A stretch of DNA of 64,000 bases from an uncultured Candidatus Saccharibacteria bacterium. GTDB taxonomy: Bacteria; Patescibacteriota; Minisyncoccia; Phycocordibacterales; UBA9973. Below, in pieces: positions 48,881 to 58,404 of this stretch. A program made the translations under genes and the position numbers. The stretch lies in NCBI GenBank assembly GCA_964348725.1, contig CAYGDG010000002.1:64202-128201 (forward strand). The letters run 5' to 3'. Below the pieces are notes generated by a model, which did no database searches, was not told the origin of the DNA, and worked only from the letters and a program-made list of their open reading frames with translations. How positions within the stretch are numbered: the first letter of the stretch is position 1; each line of letters begins with the position of its first letter.

Positions 48881-49438
48881 TTGTCTTTTCTCGATCGCCT
48901 GATACCCGAGCACCAAGAAGTGATGATTCGCTTGCCCTACAGGGTGGGCTTGTGGATCTCTCGTGCGGATATGGAGGGAGGGGAAGATGCGGCGCGGCAG
49001 GAGCGCCAAACGCTGGAAAGTTTGATTGAAGGTTTTTCGCGTGATGTGTTTGGGGCTGTCTTTATTCAGGAAATTATGGCCGTAACAATTGCCGGTAAAG
49101 GCGATTGGAAATCTTGGGGTGCGGAGTTGGATTATGTTCCTTCGGAGTGTCGTCGTGCCTTGGGGATCTTGGAGAGCACCTGCACGGACAAAGAATCCAG
49201 AGAATTTATCACGCGTCTGATGGATATTGCGGAAGCCGTGGCCTACGCATTTCAGGAACGGAATGCCGGACGGTCCATTTTGGGCCGTTTCTGGTTACGG
49301 CTCTGTTACGGTTGTCTTTGCTTTACAGGCTTTTTTACCCGCACGCCCCGCATCACATACCATTCGTATTTGTATGTCAGTCCGAAGGAAAGAAAAGCTT
49401 TGCGGAGTATTTCTCAAGCATTGGGGGTCTCCACATGA
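48881..49438 (+). CDS. Hypothetical protein, paralog 1 (LPYRVG family)
   Basis: TTG start after GGGAG. Shares …LPYRVG(L/V)… and overall pattern with the next gene. Confidence 0.45.
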   Translation: MSFLDRLIPEHQEVMIRLPYRVGLWISRADMEGGEDAARQERQTLESLIEGFSRDVFGAVFIQEIMAVTIAGKGDWKSWGAELDYVPSECRRALGILESTCTDKESREFITRLMDIAEAVAYAFQERNAGRSILGRFWLRLCYGCLCFTGFFTRTPRITYHSYLYVSPKERKALRSISQALGVST

Positions 49439-49466
49439 ACGCAAAGTCAAACGGGAGGAGTATATC

Positions 49467-50015
49467 ATGTCCCTGTTAGAGCGTTTTTCAAAAAGCGAAC
49501 GGGAGATACTGGTGAGCTTGCCTTACCGTGTCGGTGTGTTGATGGGGGATGCTGAAGATGAGGCTGGCGTGCTCGACGACATTCAAGAGGGTTTGGCCCA
49601 TGAAAGAACTCTCCGGCACGTCCTTGAAGTCTGTCAGGGGCAGGCGTTGATGACTGCCATTTTGGAAGAAACGCTTTGTTCGCGGGCGCAATGGCCTGCA
49701 TGGGCAGAGCATTCCTTTTCGGTGATTGCAGATGCAACGGCGGCGCGTCACTTTTTAAAAGCACAAGTGGGCGATGCGGCTATCAGGCAATACCGGACAG
49801 TTCTTTTAAATGTCGCATATGCCATTGCGGAGGCTTCTGGAGAATTCGGAGAATCCGCAAAGGATTCGCAGGGTTTTTTCCCTCGTCTAATAGAAAAAAT
49901 GAAAAACAATCCTGCCTGTTATGGGGCGGAGTCCATGCATGTTGCCGCGGCGGAGCAGGCTTTGATTTTGGAATTGTCTTGCGCTCTGGCGGATGAAGGG
50001 GAAGCGCCCTCTTGA
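49467..50015 (+). CDS. Hypothetical protein, paralog 2 (LPYRVG family)
   Basis: GGGAGGAG RBS before the ATG at 49467. 182 aa. Confidence 0.5.
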   Translation: MSLLERFSKSEREILVSLPYRVGVLMGDAEDEAGVLDDIQEGLAHERTLRHVLEVCQGQALMTAILEETLCSRAQWPAWAEHSFSVIADATAARHFLKAQVGDAAIRQYRTVLLNVAYAIAEASGEFGESAKDSQGFFPRLIEKMKNNPACYGAESMHVAAAEQALILELSCALADEGEAPS

Positions 50016-50087
50016 CGGCTGTTTTTATTCAGATTAAACCCATGACAGACTTTTTCTTTACGAAAGGGGCGTAACACGCTGAAAACC

Positions 50088-52979
50088 ATGACACAGACAT
50101 CCCAAAATCTTACATTTCTAACCGGAATGAATGCCGAATATATTGCTCATTTGTACGGGGAGTTTATGAAAAACCCTGCGCAGGTGGAACCGAGCTGGGG
50201 TGGGTTTTTTGAGGCCCTGAACGATAATGAAAAAGACCTGTTGATGGAAATGGCGGGGGCCAGCTGGACTCCGGTACAGAACAGAAAAACCTCCAATGCT
50301 TTTGGAGAGGCTCCTGTTTCTCTGGCAACGCCGGCCAATGACAAGACCTCAAAAACGGCAGGACAAACGGTTCCAGTACAGGAAATCCGGCAGGCCGCAC
50401 TGGATTCTATTCGTGCCTTGATGCTCATTCGGGCATACCGCGCACGGGGGCATATGCTTGCAGATCTGGACCCTCTTGGTATGAAGGAAAAAAAACAGCA
50501 TCCGGAACTGGAGCCTTCCCATTATGGTTTTTCGGATTCTGACGTAGATCGTCCGGTTTTTATCAACGGGGTTTTGGGGATGGAATATGCCAGCCTCAAT
50601 CAGATTTTGGCCGCATTGAAACAAATTTATTGTGACAAAATCGGCGTGGAGTTTTTGCACCTGACAGATCCTGATGAGAAAGCCTGGATTCAGGAGCGGA
50701 TCGAAGAACCCCGCAATAAAACTGATTTTACCGTGAACGGAAAGCGGGCCATTTTTCAAAGGTTGGTCGCGGCGGAAAGTTTTGAACAGTTCCTGCACAA
50801 GAAATATCAGGGCGCGAAACGGTTTGGTGTGGATGGTGGTGAGGCCCTCATCCCCTGTATCGAGCAGATTATGAAGCGCGGTGGGCAATTGGGACTTGAG
50901 GAAATTGTCATTGGGATGGCGCACCGTGGGCGTTTGAATGTTCTGACAAACGTGATGGGTAAGTCCTTTACAGCGATTTTTGCTGAATTTCAGGGGCAAT
51001 CGTCCCTGCCGGACGATGTGCTGGGCTCGGCGGACGTCAAATACCATATGGGCACGTCAGGGGATCGAGATTTTGACGGGAATCATATCCATTTATCCCT
51101 GACGGCCAATCCGTCCCATCTGGAATTTGTGAATCCGGTTGTGATTGGTAAGGTCCGCGCCAAGCAAATTCAGCGTGGCGCAGTGGAATCCGCGGCGGTC
51201 TTACCTTTGCTTCTGCACGGGGATGCGGCGTTTGCGGGGCAGGGCGTCACGGCAGAAACGCTGATGATTGCAGAACTTCCAGGCTACCGCGTGGGCGGTA
51301 CCATCCATATCGTAATCAACAACCAGATTGGTTTTACCACTATGCCGAAATTCAGTCGGTCCGGTCCGTATTCGACCGATGTGGCGAAAGTCTTGTCAGC
51401 GCCCATTTTCCACGTGAACGGGGATGATCCGGAAGCCGTTGTCCATGTGGCCCGTATTGCCACAGAGTTTCGCCAGACCTTCAAGCGAGATGTTGTCATC
51501 GACATGTTCTGCTATCGCCGGTACGGGCATAACGAAGGGGATGAGCCTGCATTTACACAGCCTGTGATGTATAAAAAAATTGCTACACAAAAAACGACAC
51601 GGACCTTGTATATGGAGCAGTTGATTGCGGAAAATGCTATCACGCCGGAAGAATGTGATGTTATTATTGCGGAATATGAACAAGGGCTGGAAGAAGCATA
51701 TCAATCCGCCAAAGCCTACAAACCCAACAGGGCCGATTATCTGGCGGGCGCGTGGGAAGGCATGAAGGTGGCGTACGGGGATGAACGGCGGGGTGCCACA
51801 GGCCTTTCGACAGACGATATCCGAAAGATCGGAAAAGTCCTTTGCGCAGTTCCCGAAGGCTTTGCCATTAACCGGAAGCTTTTGCGCGTGTTGGAAGCCA
51901 AAGCCCAGATGTTTGAAACAGGCAAAGGGTTTGACTGGGCGGCCGGTGAGGCGCTGGCCTTTGGAGGGCTGGTGCAGGAGGGGTATCCGGTCCGTTTATC
52001 GGGACAAGATGTCGGGCGCGGGACCTTTTCCCATCGCCATGCCATCTGGTACGATCAGGACAATGAAGCCAAGCATATCCCCTTGCAACATATTGCACCG
52101 AGCCAAGGAAAATTCGAGGCGCATGATAGTCCGCTCTCCGAAATGGCGGTGCTGGGGTTTGAATATGGTTATACGTGTGCCGACCCAAAAACTCTTGTGC
52201 TGTGGGAGGCTCAATTCGGGGATTTTGCTAACGGGGCGCAGGTGATTATTGACCAGTTTATTTCCTCAGGGGAAAGCAAATGGCTTCGGATGTCGGGTCT
52301 TGTGATGCTGTTGCCGCATGGCTATGAGGGACAAGGGCCAGAGCATTCCTCGGCGCGGTTCGAGCGCTTCCTTCAACTCTCGGGCGAAGATAACTGGCAG
52401 ATTTGCAACTGTACAACCCCTGCCAATTATTTTCATGCCTTGCGTAGGCAAATGCTGAGGGATTTCCGTAAACCGCTTGTGATTATGACCCCGAAATCAC
52501 TTTTGCGGCACAAGCTTGCGGTTTCTGACCTTGCAATGTTCGCAGAAGGGAGCACTTTCCACAGGATTTTATGGGATGATGATCATAATGATCTGGCTAA
52601 ACCCGATAAAATCAAGCGCGTCGTGCTGTGTACCGGAAAGGTCTATTACGATCTGTTGCAAGAGCGCCGCGACAGGGGGATCAAGGATGTTACGATCTTG
52701 CGTGTGGAACAACTTTACCCCTTCCCCGCCAAAGTACTGGGCGGAGAGCTGAAACAATACAAAAATGCTGAGATTGTCTGGTGTCAGGAAGAGCCAGAAA
52801 ATCAGGGGGCGTGGTCCTTTGTCGATCGCCGGATTGAAAAGGTGCTGACGGATATTGGGCATAAAACAAAGCGGCCTGTGTATGTCGGACGTGAGGAAGC
52901 GGCGGCTCCTGCTACGGGGCTCCTGAGCCGGCATACGGCGGAACAGGCTAAGCTACTGGATGCGGCGTTAAAGGTATGA
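50088..52979 (+). CDS. sucA: 2-oxoglutarate dehydrogenase E1 component
   Basis: 963 aa. Conserved E1o regions throughout. Confidence 0.95.
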   Translation: MTQTSQNLTFLTGMNAEYIAHLYGEFMKNPAQVEPSWGGFFEALNDNEKDLLMEMAGASWTPVQNRKTSNAFGEAPVSLATPANDKTSKTAGQTVPVQEIRQAALDSIRALMLIRAYRARGHMLADLDPLGMKEKKQHPELEPSHYGFSDSDVDRPVFINGVLGMEYASLNQILAALKQIYCDKIGVEFLHLTDPDEKAWIQERIEEPRNKTDFTVNGKRAIFQRLVAAESFEQFLHKKYQGAKRFGVDGGEALIPCIEQIMKRGGQLGLEEIVIGMAHRGRLNVLTNVMGKSFTAIFAEFQGQSSLPDDVLGSADVKYHMGTSGDRDFDGNHIHLSLTANPSHLEFVNPVVIGKVRAKQIQRGAVESAAVLPLLLHGDAAFAGQGVTAETLMIAELPGYRVGGTIHIVINNQIGFTTMPKFSRSGPYSTDVAKVLSAPIFHVNGDDPEAVVHVARIATEFRQTFKRDVVIDMFCYRRYGHNEGDEPAFTQPVMYKKIATQKTTRTLYMEQLIAENAITPEECDVIIAEYEQGLEEAYQSAKAYKPNRADYLAGAWEGMKVAYGDERRGATGLSTDDIRKIGKVLCAVPEGFAINRKLLRVLEAKAQMFETGKGFDWAAGEALAFGGLVQEGYPVRLSGQDVGRGTFSHRHAIWYDQDNEAKHIPLQHIAPSQGKFEAHDSPLSEMAVLGFEYGYTCADPKTLVLWEAQFGDFANGAQVIIDQFISSGESKWLRMSGLVMLLPHGYEGQGPEHSSARFERFLQLSGEDNWQICNCTTPANYFHALRRQMLRDFRKPLVIMTPKSLLRHKLAVSDLAMFAEGSTFHRILWDDDHNDLAKPDKIKRVVLCTGKVYYDLLQERRDRGIKDVTILRVEQLYPFPAKVLGGELKQYKNAEIVWCQEEPENQGAWSFVDRRIEKVLTDIGHKTKRPVYVGREEAAAPATGLLSRHTAEQAKLLDAALKV

Positions 52980-53425
52980 GGCACTGTGTGCGATTAGGAG
53001 CCTGCTTATTGCTCGCAGGAACAGTCTTTTTCTCTGTGACGAATCAGGCGAAAGCGTGCGATTGTCCTATGCCCAGACCGGAAGAAGATGTGATGGTATT
53101 GGAACAATTTGAGATTGCAGGAGAATTTAAAGTTAAATCCGTTCGTTTTCCTGATTATACCAAGAATGCGAAAGACGAGTACGGGAGAATTGTACTGCAT
53201 GTGAAAGATCTCTACAAAGGCTCTCTTTCGGGAGCCAGAGAGGGCAAGCACGGTGATATTACGGTAAGGCATGAAATGGTGTCCGATTGTTCGCGTGGTT
53301 TGGGAGAAGGAAAAGTCTATCCGCTTCTTCTCAAAAAGGATGAAGAGGGCTATCTCCTTCCAGATCAATGCACGGATCTTTCTCCCGAAGGTTGGGATAA
53401 ACTGAAACATGAAACGCCCCTTTGA
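52976..53425 (+). CDS. Secreted hypothetical protein (Cys-containing)
   Basis: Signal peptide. 149 aa. Overlaps the sucA stop and the thiE start. Confidence 0.45.
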   Translation: MRHCVRLGACLLLAGTVFFSVTNQAKACDCPMPRPEEDVMVLEQFEIAGEFKVKSVRFPDYTKNAKDEYGRIVLHVKDLYKGSLSGAREGKHGDITVRHEMVSDCSRGLGEGKVYPLLLKKDEEGYLLPDQCTDLSPEGWDKLKHETPL

Positions 53426-54038
53426 TCTTTCTGTCTATTTTGTTCTGGACCCCGCGTGTTGCAAGGGGCGGGATGTGGCGGATGTAGCGCTTTCTGCCGT
53501 GCGGGGTAGAGTCACGATGATTCAGCTCCGGTATAAATCAGGGAATATGCTCGAATTTCTGGCACAGGCGGGGTTACTGTGTGAGCTCCTGAAACCATAC
53601 GGTATTCCCTTTTTGATCAATGACAATGTGGATGTGGCCTTTGCCGTGGGGGCGGACGGGGTGCATCTGGGTCAAACCGATACGCCACCACTTGAGGCGC
53701 GCAAACGGCTGGGGCCGTCCGCCATTATCGGCCAAACGGCGTTTACGGCCAATCATATGCGGGCGGTTGATCCGGCGGTGGTGGATTATGTCGGGACGGG
53801 TCCCTTTTTCCCGACACTAACGGATAAGGGCAAACCTGTGCTGGGGCCCTTGGCTTTTAAGGCGCTGGTGGCGCTTTCGCCCGTGCCTGTTGTGGGGATT
53901 GGGGGGATTACGCCGGATAATATGGCGCACGTGATCGCCTGCGGGGCAAGCGGCGTGGCTATGATGCGCAGTATCAGTGAAGCAGAGGACCCTGAGGCCG
54001 CTACACAGGCTTTTGTAAGCAGGGTAAGCACACAATGA
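53409..54038 (+). CDS. thiE: Thiamine-phosphate synthase
   Basis: TMP-PPase family pattern …VDYVGTGPFFPT…GIGGI…. Confidence 0.85.
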   Translation: MKRPFDLSVYFVLDPACCKGRDVADVALSAVRGRVTMIQLRYKSGNMLEFLAQAGLLCELLKPYGIPFLINDNVDVAFAVGADGVHLGQTDTPPLEARKRLGPSAIIGQTAFTANHMRAVDPAVVDYVGTGPFFPTLTDKGKPVLGPLAFKALVALSPVPVVGIGGITPDNMAHVIACGASGVAMMRSISEAEDPEAATQAFVSRVSTQ

Positions 54039-54877
54039 AGTCGGTGAATGTGCTTTCGATTGCAGGGTCTGATCCGTCCGGCGGGGCAGGGATTCAGGCC
54101 GATCTCAAGACATTTTCGGCGCTGGGGGCTTATGGCATGGCCGCAATCACAGCCCTGACGGGGCAAAATACGCAAGGCGTTTCCGATGTTTTTATCGTGC
54201 CCTATAGTATGTTGCAAAAACAGTTGATGGCTTTGGCAGAGGATATCAGGATTGATGCGATTAAAATTGGGATGGTTGGCAACCGAAAAAGTGCGCAGGT
54301 GATCGGGCAGTTTTTGGAGCGGCTTTATAATGACAAAGGATCCAAGCCGTTTTTGCCTGTCATTGTAGATCCCGTGTATAGCGCCACATCGGGTAATCAA
54401 CTCGTCACAATGCGCGCAATGGAGGCTCTGCAAGAGCATGTGTTTGCTTATGCCAGTTTAATCACGCCCAATATCCCCGAGGCGGAAGCGTTGCTGGAAC
54501 GCTCTTTTCATGAAGATTTTGACGGGGATTTGACGGAAATGGCTCGCACCCTTTATATGCGGTACCTGATTCCTGTTTTGCTTAAAGGCGGGCATGGGGG
54601 CGGAGAGGTATGCCCTGATGTGTATGTCCAAGGGCCGATCATTCATAAATTCGATGCGCCGCGTATCGAAACAAAAAACACCCATGGGACGGGGTGTACG
54701 TTGTCTTCTGCGATTGCAGTTTTTCTGGCGCAGAGGCATGAAATCCATGAGGCTATCAACAAAGCCAAAGCCTATGTGACGCAGGCCATTGCGGAATCTG
54801 GCAGGTTGGAAGTGGGGCAGGGCCATGGCCCTGTGCACCATTTTTACGATGTGTGGCGGGACTTGGGAGATGGATGA
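54035..54877 (+). CDS. thiD: Hydroxymethylpyrimidine/phosphomethylpyrimidine kinase
   Basis: …VLSIAGSDPSGGAGIQADLKTF… and …THGTGCTLSSAIA…. Confidence 0.9.
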   Translation: MKSVNVLSIAGSDPSGGAGIQADLKTFSALGAYGMAAITALTGQNTQGVSDVFIVPYSMLQKQLMALAEDIRIDAIKIGMVGNRKSAQVIGQFLERLYNDKGSKPFLPVIVDPVYSATSGNQLVTMRAMEALQEHVFAYASLITPNIPEAEALLERSFHEDFDGDLTEMARTLYMRYLIPVLLKGGHGGGEVCPDVYVQGPIIHKFDAPRIETKNTHGTGCTLSSAIAVFLAQRHEIHEAINKAKAYVTQAIAESGRLEVGQGHGPVHHFYDVWRDLGDG

Positions 54878-55805
54878 ATTTGAGATGATCGCACGGTATT
54901 TTGCGCCGTTGGGTCCAGACGGACTCAAAGACGATGCCGCCGTACTCCAGATTCCAGACGGGCATGAACTGGTGGTCACGTCCGATACCCTCAATGAAGG
55001 GACGCATTTTTGGAAATCGGAAGATCCCGCCTTCATAGCGCAAAAAGCCTTGCGTGTGAATGTGTCTGATTTATATGCGATGGGGGCTCAGCCTTTTTGT
55101 TATCAACTGTGTCTCGCCTTTCCCGAAAAACCGGCGGCGCATTGGCTGAAATCCTTTGCCAGTGCGCTGGAAGGGGATCAAAAACGATACGGTTTGTTTT
55201 GCTCCGGTGGTGATACGACAATGATAAAGGGGGCCTTCTCCGTTTCCATTACGGCGCTGGGGCTTGTGCCTTCAGGCAGGGCGTTGCGCCGAGCAGGCGC
55301 ACGGGTGGGGGATATGGTTGCGGTCAGCGGTCCTGTGGGGTCTGCGTTTTTGGGGCTCAAAATATTGCAAGGGGGCATCCCGCAAGGTCTTGCAGGGCAA
55401 GAGTATTTTTTGGAATCTTATAGGGTGCCGTCCTTGTACGAGGGGCCTTTGGCCCTGCTCAGGGACCATGCCCATGCAGGAATTGATATATCGGATGGTT
55501 TGCTGGCGGATTTGGGGCATATTTGTTCTGCTTCTGGCGTGGGGGCTGTTGTCCGGCAAGAATGTATTCCGTTGTCGCATCATGCCCGAGCGCTGGTGGA
55601 TTCTGGTGGGGTGACACTAGAACAGCTTGCGAGCGGCGGTGATGATTACCGGCTATTACTGGCCATTCCGCCAAAAAAACAAGACATGTTTGCTGGGCAC
55701 TTTTCTGTGATTGGGTATTTTGAAGCGGGGCCAGCAGAGGTCAGGGTGCAGGACCGTAACGGGGGTTTTACCTCGTGGACCATGCAGGGGTGGAAACATT
55801 TTTGA
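54870..55805 (+). CDS. thiL: Thiamine-monophosphate kinase
   Basis: …GLKDDAAVLQ… and …LVVTSDTL…. ATG overlaps the thiD stop. Confidence 0.85.
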   Translation: MDEFEMIARYFAPLGPDGLKDDAAVLQIPDGHELVVTSDTLNEGTHFWKSEDPAFIAQKALRVNVSDLYAMGAQPFCYQLCLAFPEKPAAHWLKSFASALEGDQKRYGLFCSGGDTTMIKGAFSVSITALGLVPSGRALRRAGARVGDMVAVSGPVGSAFLGLKILQGGIPQGLAGQEYFLESYRVPSLYEGPLALLRDHAHAGIDISDGLLADLGHICSASGVGAVVRQECIPLSHHARALVDSGGVTLEQLASGGDDYRLLLAIPPKKQDMFAGHFSVIGYFEAGPAEVRVQDRNGGFTSWTMQGWKHF

Positions 55806-55893
55806 CAGGTTTTTTCGGCCTTGGCTCTTGCCTTTGGCGGGCCTTGGGCGTAATAGTGGGGAAGTGTTTTTTTAAAAGAAAAGAGCGAAAAAT

Positions 55894-57114
55894 ATGACAA
55901 AAATATTGGTGCCGACACTAGGTGAATCCGTAAGCGAGGCCACGGTGGCGCAGTGGCTGAAAAAAGAAGGGGACACAGTCAAGGTTGACGAACCCATTGT
56001 CGAGCTTGAAACGGACAAAGTGACCTTGGAGGTCAATGCACCGGCAGACGGAGTGATTGTGAAGATTCTGGTTGGTGAAGGCCAGAATGTTGGGGTTGGG
56101 GCTTTGCTCGGGGAACTGGAAGCAGGGGGGGTGGCGAATGATATCGTGAAAAAAGTACCTTCTGCGCCGATGGCAGAAAGTGCGTCGGTTTCGGCAAAGA
56201 CTGCCGAGGTGCTGGCTCTGGCGGCTATGCCGTCTTCCGATCCGAAATTATCACCCTCTGTACGCAAGATGATAGGGGACAACCAGCTGGATGCCACGCA
56301 GATTCCTGCCAGTGGCAAGGAAGGTCGTGTGAGCAAGGAGGATGTGCAGGCGTACTTGTCCTCTCCCAAGGCTCTTGTCGTGTCCGAGAGCAAAGTCCCG
56401 CGTGCTCTGAAGGAGCGGGAAGAGCGGGTCCGGATGACCAAGCTCCGCCAGGTCATTGCCACGCGTCTCAAAGAAGCTCAGAACACGGCCGCCATGCTCA
56501 CCACCTTTAATGAGGTGGATATGGGTCCCGTGATGGATTTGCGGAATGAATATAAGGATGTGTTCGAGAAAAAACATGGGGTCAAGCTGGGCTTTATGTC
56601 CTTTTTTGTGCGGGCGGTCGTGCAGGCACTGAAAGAATTCCCTTCAGTAAATGCCGAGATCGACGGGACGGATATTATTTATAAAAACTATTATGATCTC
56701 GGCGTGGCCGTTTCTACGCCGCAGGGGCTTATTGTGCCTGTTCTGCGGGATGCCGATACGATGAGCATGGCTCGGATCGAGGCTAAGATTGTGGATCTCG
56801 GTAAACGGGCCCGTGAAGGCAAGCTTTCCATGGAGGAAATGACGGGAGGCACCTTTACTGTCACCAATGGCGGTGTGTTTGGATCGCTCTTGTCTACGCC
56901 GATTTTAAATACGCCACAATCGGGTATTTTGGGCATGCACAAGATCCAGCAACGCCCTATGGTGATGAAGGATGGCTCCATTGCGGCCCGTCCAATGATG
57001 TATCTGGCCCATTCGTACGATCACCGGATTATTGACGGGCGGGAAGCTGTCGGCTTTCTTGTACGGGTCAAGGAAGCGATCGAGGATCCTCAACGTTTGT
57101 TGCTGGACGTTTAA
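55894..57114 (+). CDS. sucB: Dihydrolipoyllysine-residue succinyltransferase (E2o)
   Basis: Lipoyl domain …[11 protein letters not shown]…. Catalytic C-terminal …[10 protein letters not shown]…. Confidence 0.95.
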   Translation: MTKILVPTLGESVSEATVAQWLKKEGDTVKVDEPIVELETDKVTLEVNAPADGVIVKILVGEGQNVGVGALLGELEAGGVANDIVKKVPSAPMAESASVSAKTAEVLALAAMPSSDPKLSPSVRKMIGDNQLDATQIPASGKEGRVSKEDVQAYLSSPKALVVSESKVPRALKEREERVRMTKLRQVIATRLKEAQNTAAMLTTFNEVDMGPVMDLRNEYKDVFEKKHGVKLGFMSFFVRAVVQALKEFPSVNAEIDGTDIIYKNYYDLGVAVSTPQGLIVPVLRDADTMSMARIEAKIVDLGKRAREGKLSMEEMTGGTFTVTNGGVFGSLLSTPILNTPQSGILGMHKIQQRPMVMKDGSIAARPMMYLAHSYDHRIIDGREAVGFLVRVKEAIEDPQRLLLDV

Positions 57115-58253
57115 AACTCGTAATTCCATTCTAGCAGTGTATCGCTTTGGTCGACTGGAAGGGACCTGTCAGTTTTTTTTGGTTTAACAATTCTGTGGTT
57201 CAGGATGCCGGCTTGTTGGAGCTGTAGGAAGGCCATATGGTCTGGGCTTTGAGGTGAAAACGTCATCGGCGGGGTGATGAAGGTCCGAAGGCCGTAATCT
57301 ATGGCATTGACCAGCATTCCGGACTGGGGCGGGGTTGAGCAGACAAGTATCCCGTTTTCAAGAAGAATCCCTTCTTTGATTGCCGCAATCATGACCCGTT
57401 TGGCCGCAGACATTTTATACTGGTAGGACCGTTTGGTTCGTGAAGAATCTTGTGCCAGCAAGGCGTTATGTTGTTGAACGGTAAAGCCTGGGGGCAGGCT
57501 GGCGCTGGCGGAAATTGTAACCCATTCCCCGTCGTGCGTGCGCCCGAGGGCCGTTGCGGCTTCCTGATTATCTGGAATTGTTGAGTGTGTAGCCATTTCA
57601 ATTGTGTGTGCCAACAAATAGGCCAGATTGAAATCTTCCAGTGCTTTCGCTCGTGAATGGTATTTGAAAAAGAGCGGATTTTCGGTTTCAGCGTGGAGCG
57701 TATCAAGGGCACGTGGGGTAAAAACTTCCCAGATCCGTGTTTCCAGATTGAGGAATGTCACGCCGATATGCCCATTTTCTGCAATGTTTTCGACCATTTT
57801 TTTTGAAATATCCCACTTATCCTGCGTGGAGGGATCATTCAGGCTGTGGCTGTCAATAAACAGGCTGTCAACCGTGCCATGAGCGGAATGGAAGTTCCGG
57901 AGCTCTGAAATGCCTTCGAGGCAAGTGGGGCACGGTGGCCTGCTGATCGCAAAGGACACCCGCTTGAATGGTGGCAGGCACTCCATGGCATGCATCTCGG
58001 CATGAACACTCGGGTGGCCACCACCAATAGTCTGTAGATCCGTCAGCGTGTTCTTTATAGCATCAGGAATTGTATTGGCTGTTGGGATAAAAAAACTCTG
58101 GTCATGTTGGTCTATGCCAAATGCTACGGCCCCTACCAGATAGGCGGGGTTCTCACCATATTGCGCGATATCTCTTGCCAGAGCGACAAAACGACAGGCC
58201 GTTTCTGGGGCCAGATAATCGAATGTTTCGGTATGTATGGTGTGGAGTTTCAT
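57111..58253 (-). CDS. CDA-fold (cytidine/deoxycytidylate-type) deaminase-domain protein of unknown specificity
   Basis: N-terminal …[10 protein letters not shown]…HAEMHAMEC…(22 aa)…PCPTC… zinc-deaminase signature. A second degenerate …LHAETENP… segment and a further 130 aa follow. Confidence 0.55.
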   Translation of the reverse strand: MKLHTIHTETFDYLAPETACRFVALARDIAQYGENPAYLVGAVAFGIDQHDQSFFIPTANTIPDAIKNTLTDLQTIGGGHPSVHAEMHAMECLPPFKRVSFAISRPPCPTCLEGISELRNFHSAHGTVDSLFIDSHSLNDPSTQDKWDISKKMVENIAENGHIGVTFLNLETRIWEVFTPRALDTLHAETENPLFFKYHSRAKALEDFNLAYLLAHTIEMATHSTIPDNQEAATALGRTHDGEWVTISASASLPPGFTVQQHNALLAQDSSRTKRSYQYKMSAAKRVMIAAIKEGILLENGILVCSTPPQSGMLVNAIDYGLRTFITPPMTFSPQSPDHMAFLQLQQAGILNHRIVKPKKTDRSLPVDQSDTLLEWNYEF

Positions 58254-58404
58254 GGGGTCCTTGTTTTATGTCTGCGGCGCAGGGTACCAGTTCATCATAG
58301 TATGATGAAGAAAGAATTAAAAGAAAGCCTTCTGGGGCTTGTCAGAGGATTCGGGCAAGGGTATATCTGGAGCGGTGATAGGCACTCAACAGCAAGGTAG
58401 GCAA

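Noticed and set aside
50349-51047. 232-aa minus-strand ORF inside sucA
   Set aside because: Antisense to a highly conserved E1o coding region, so spurious.
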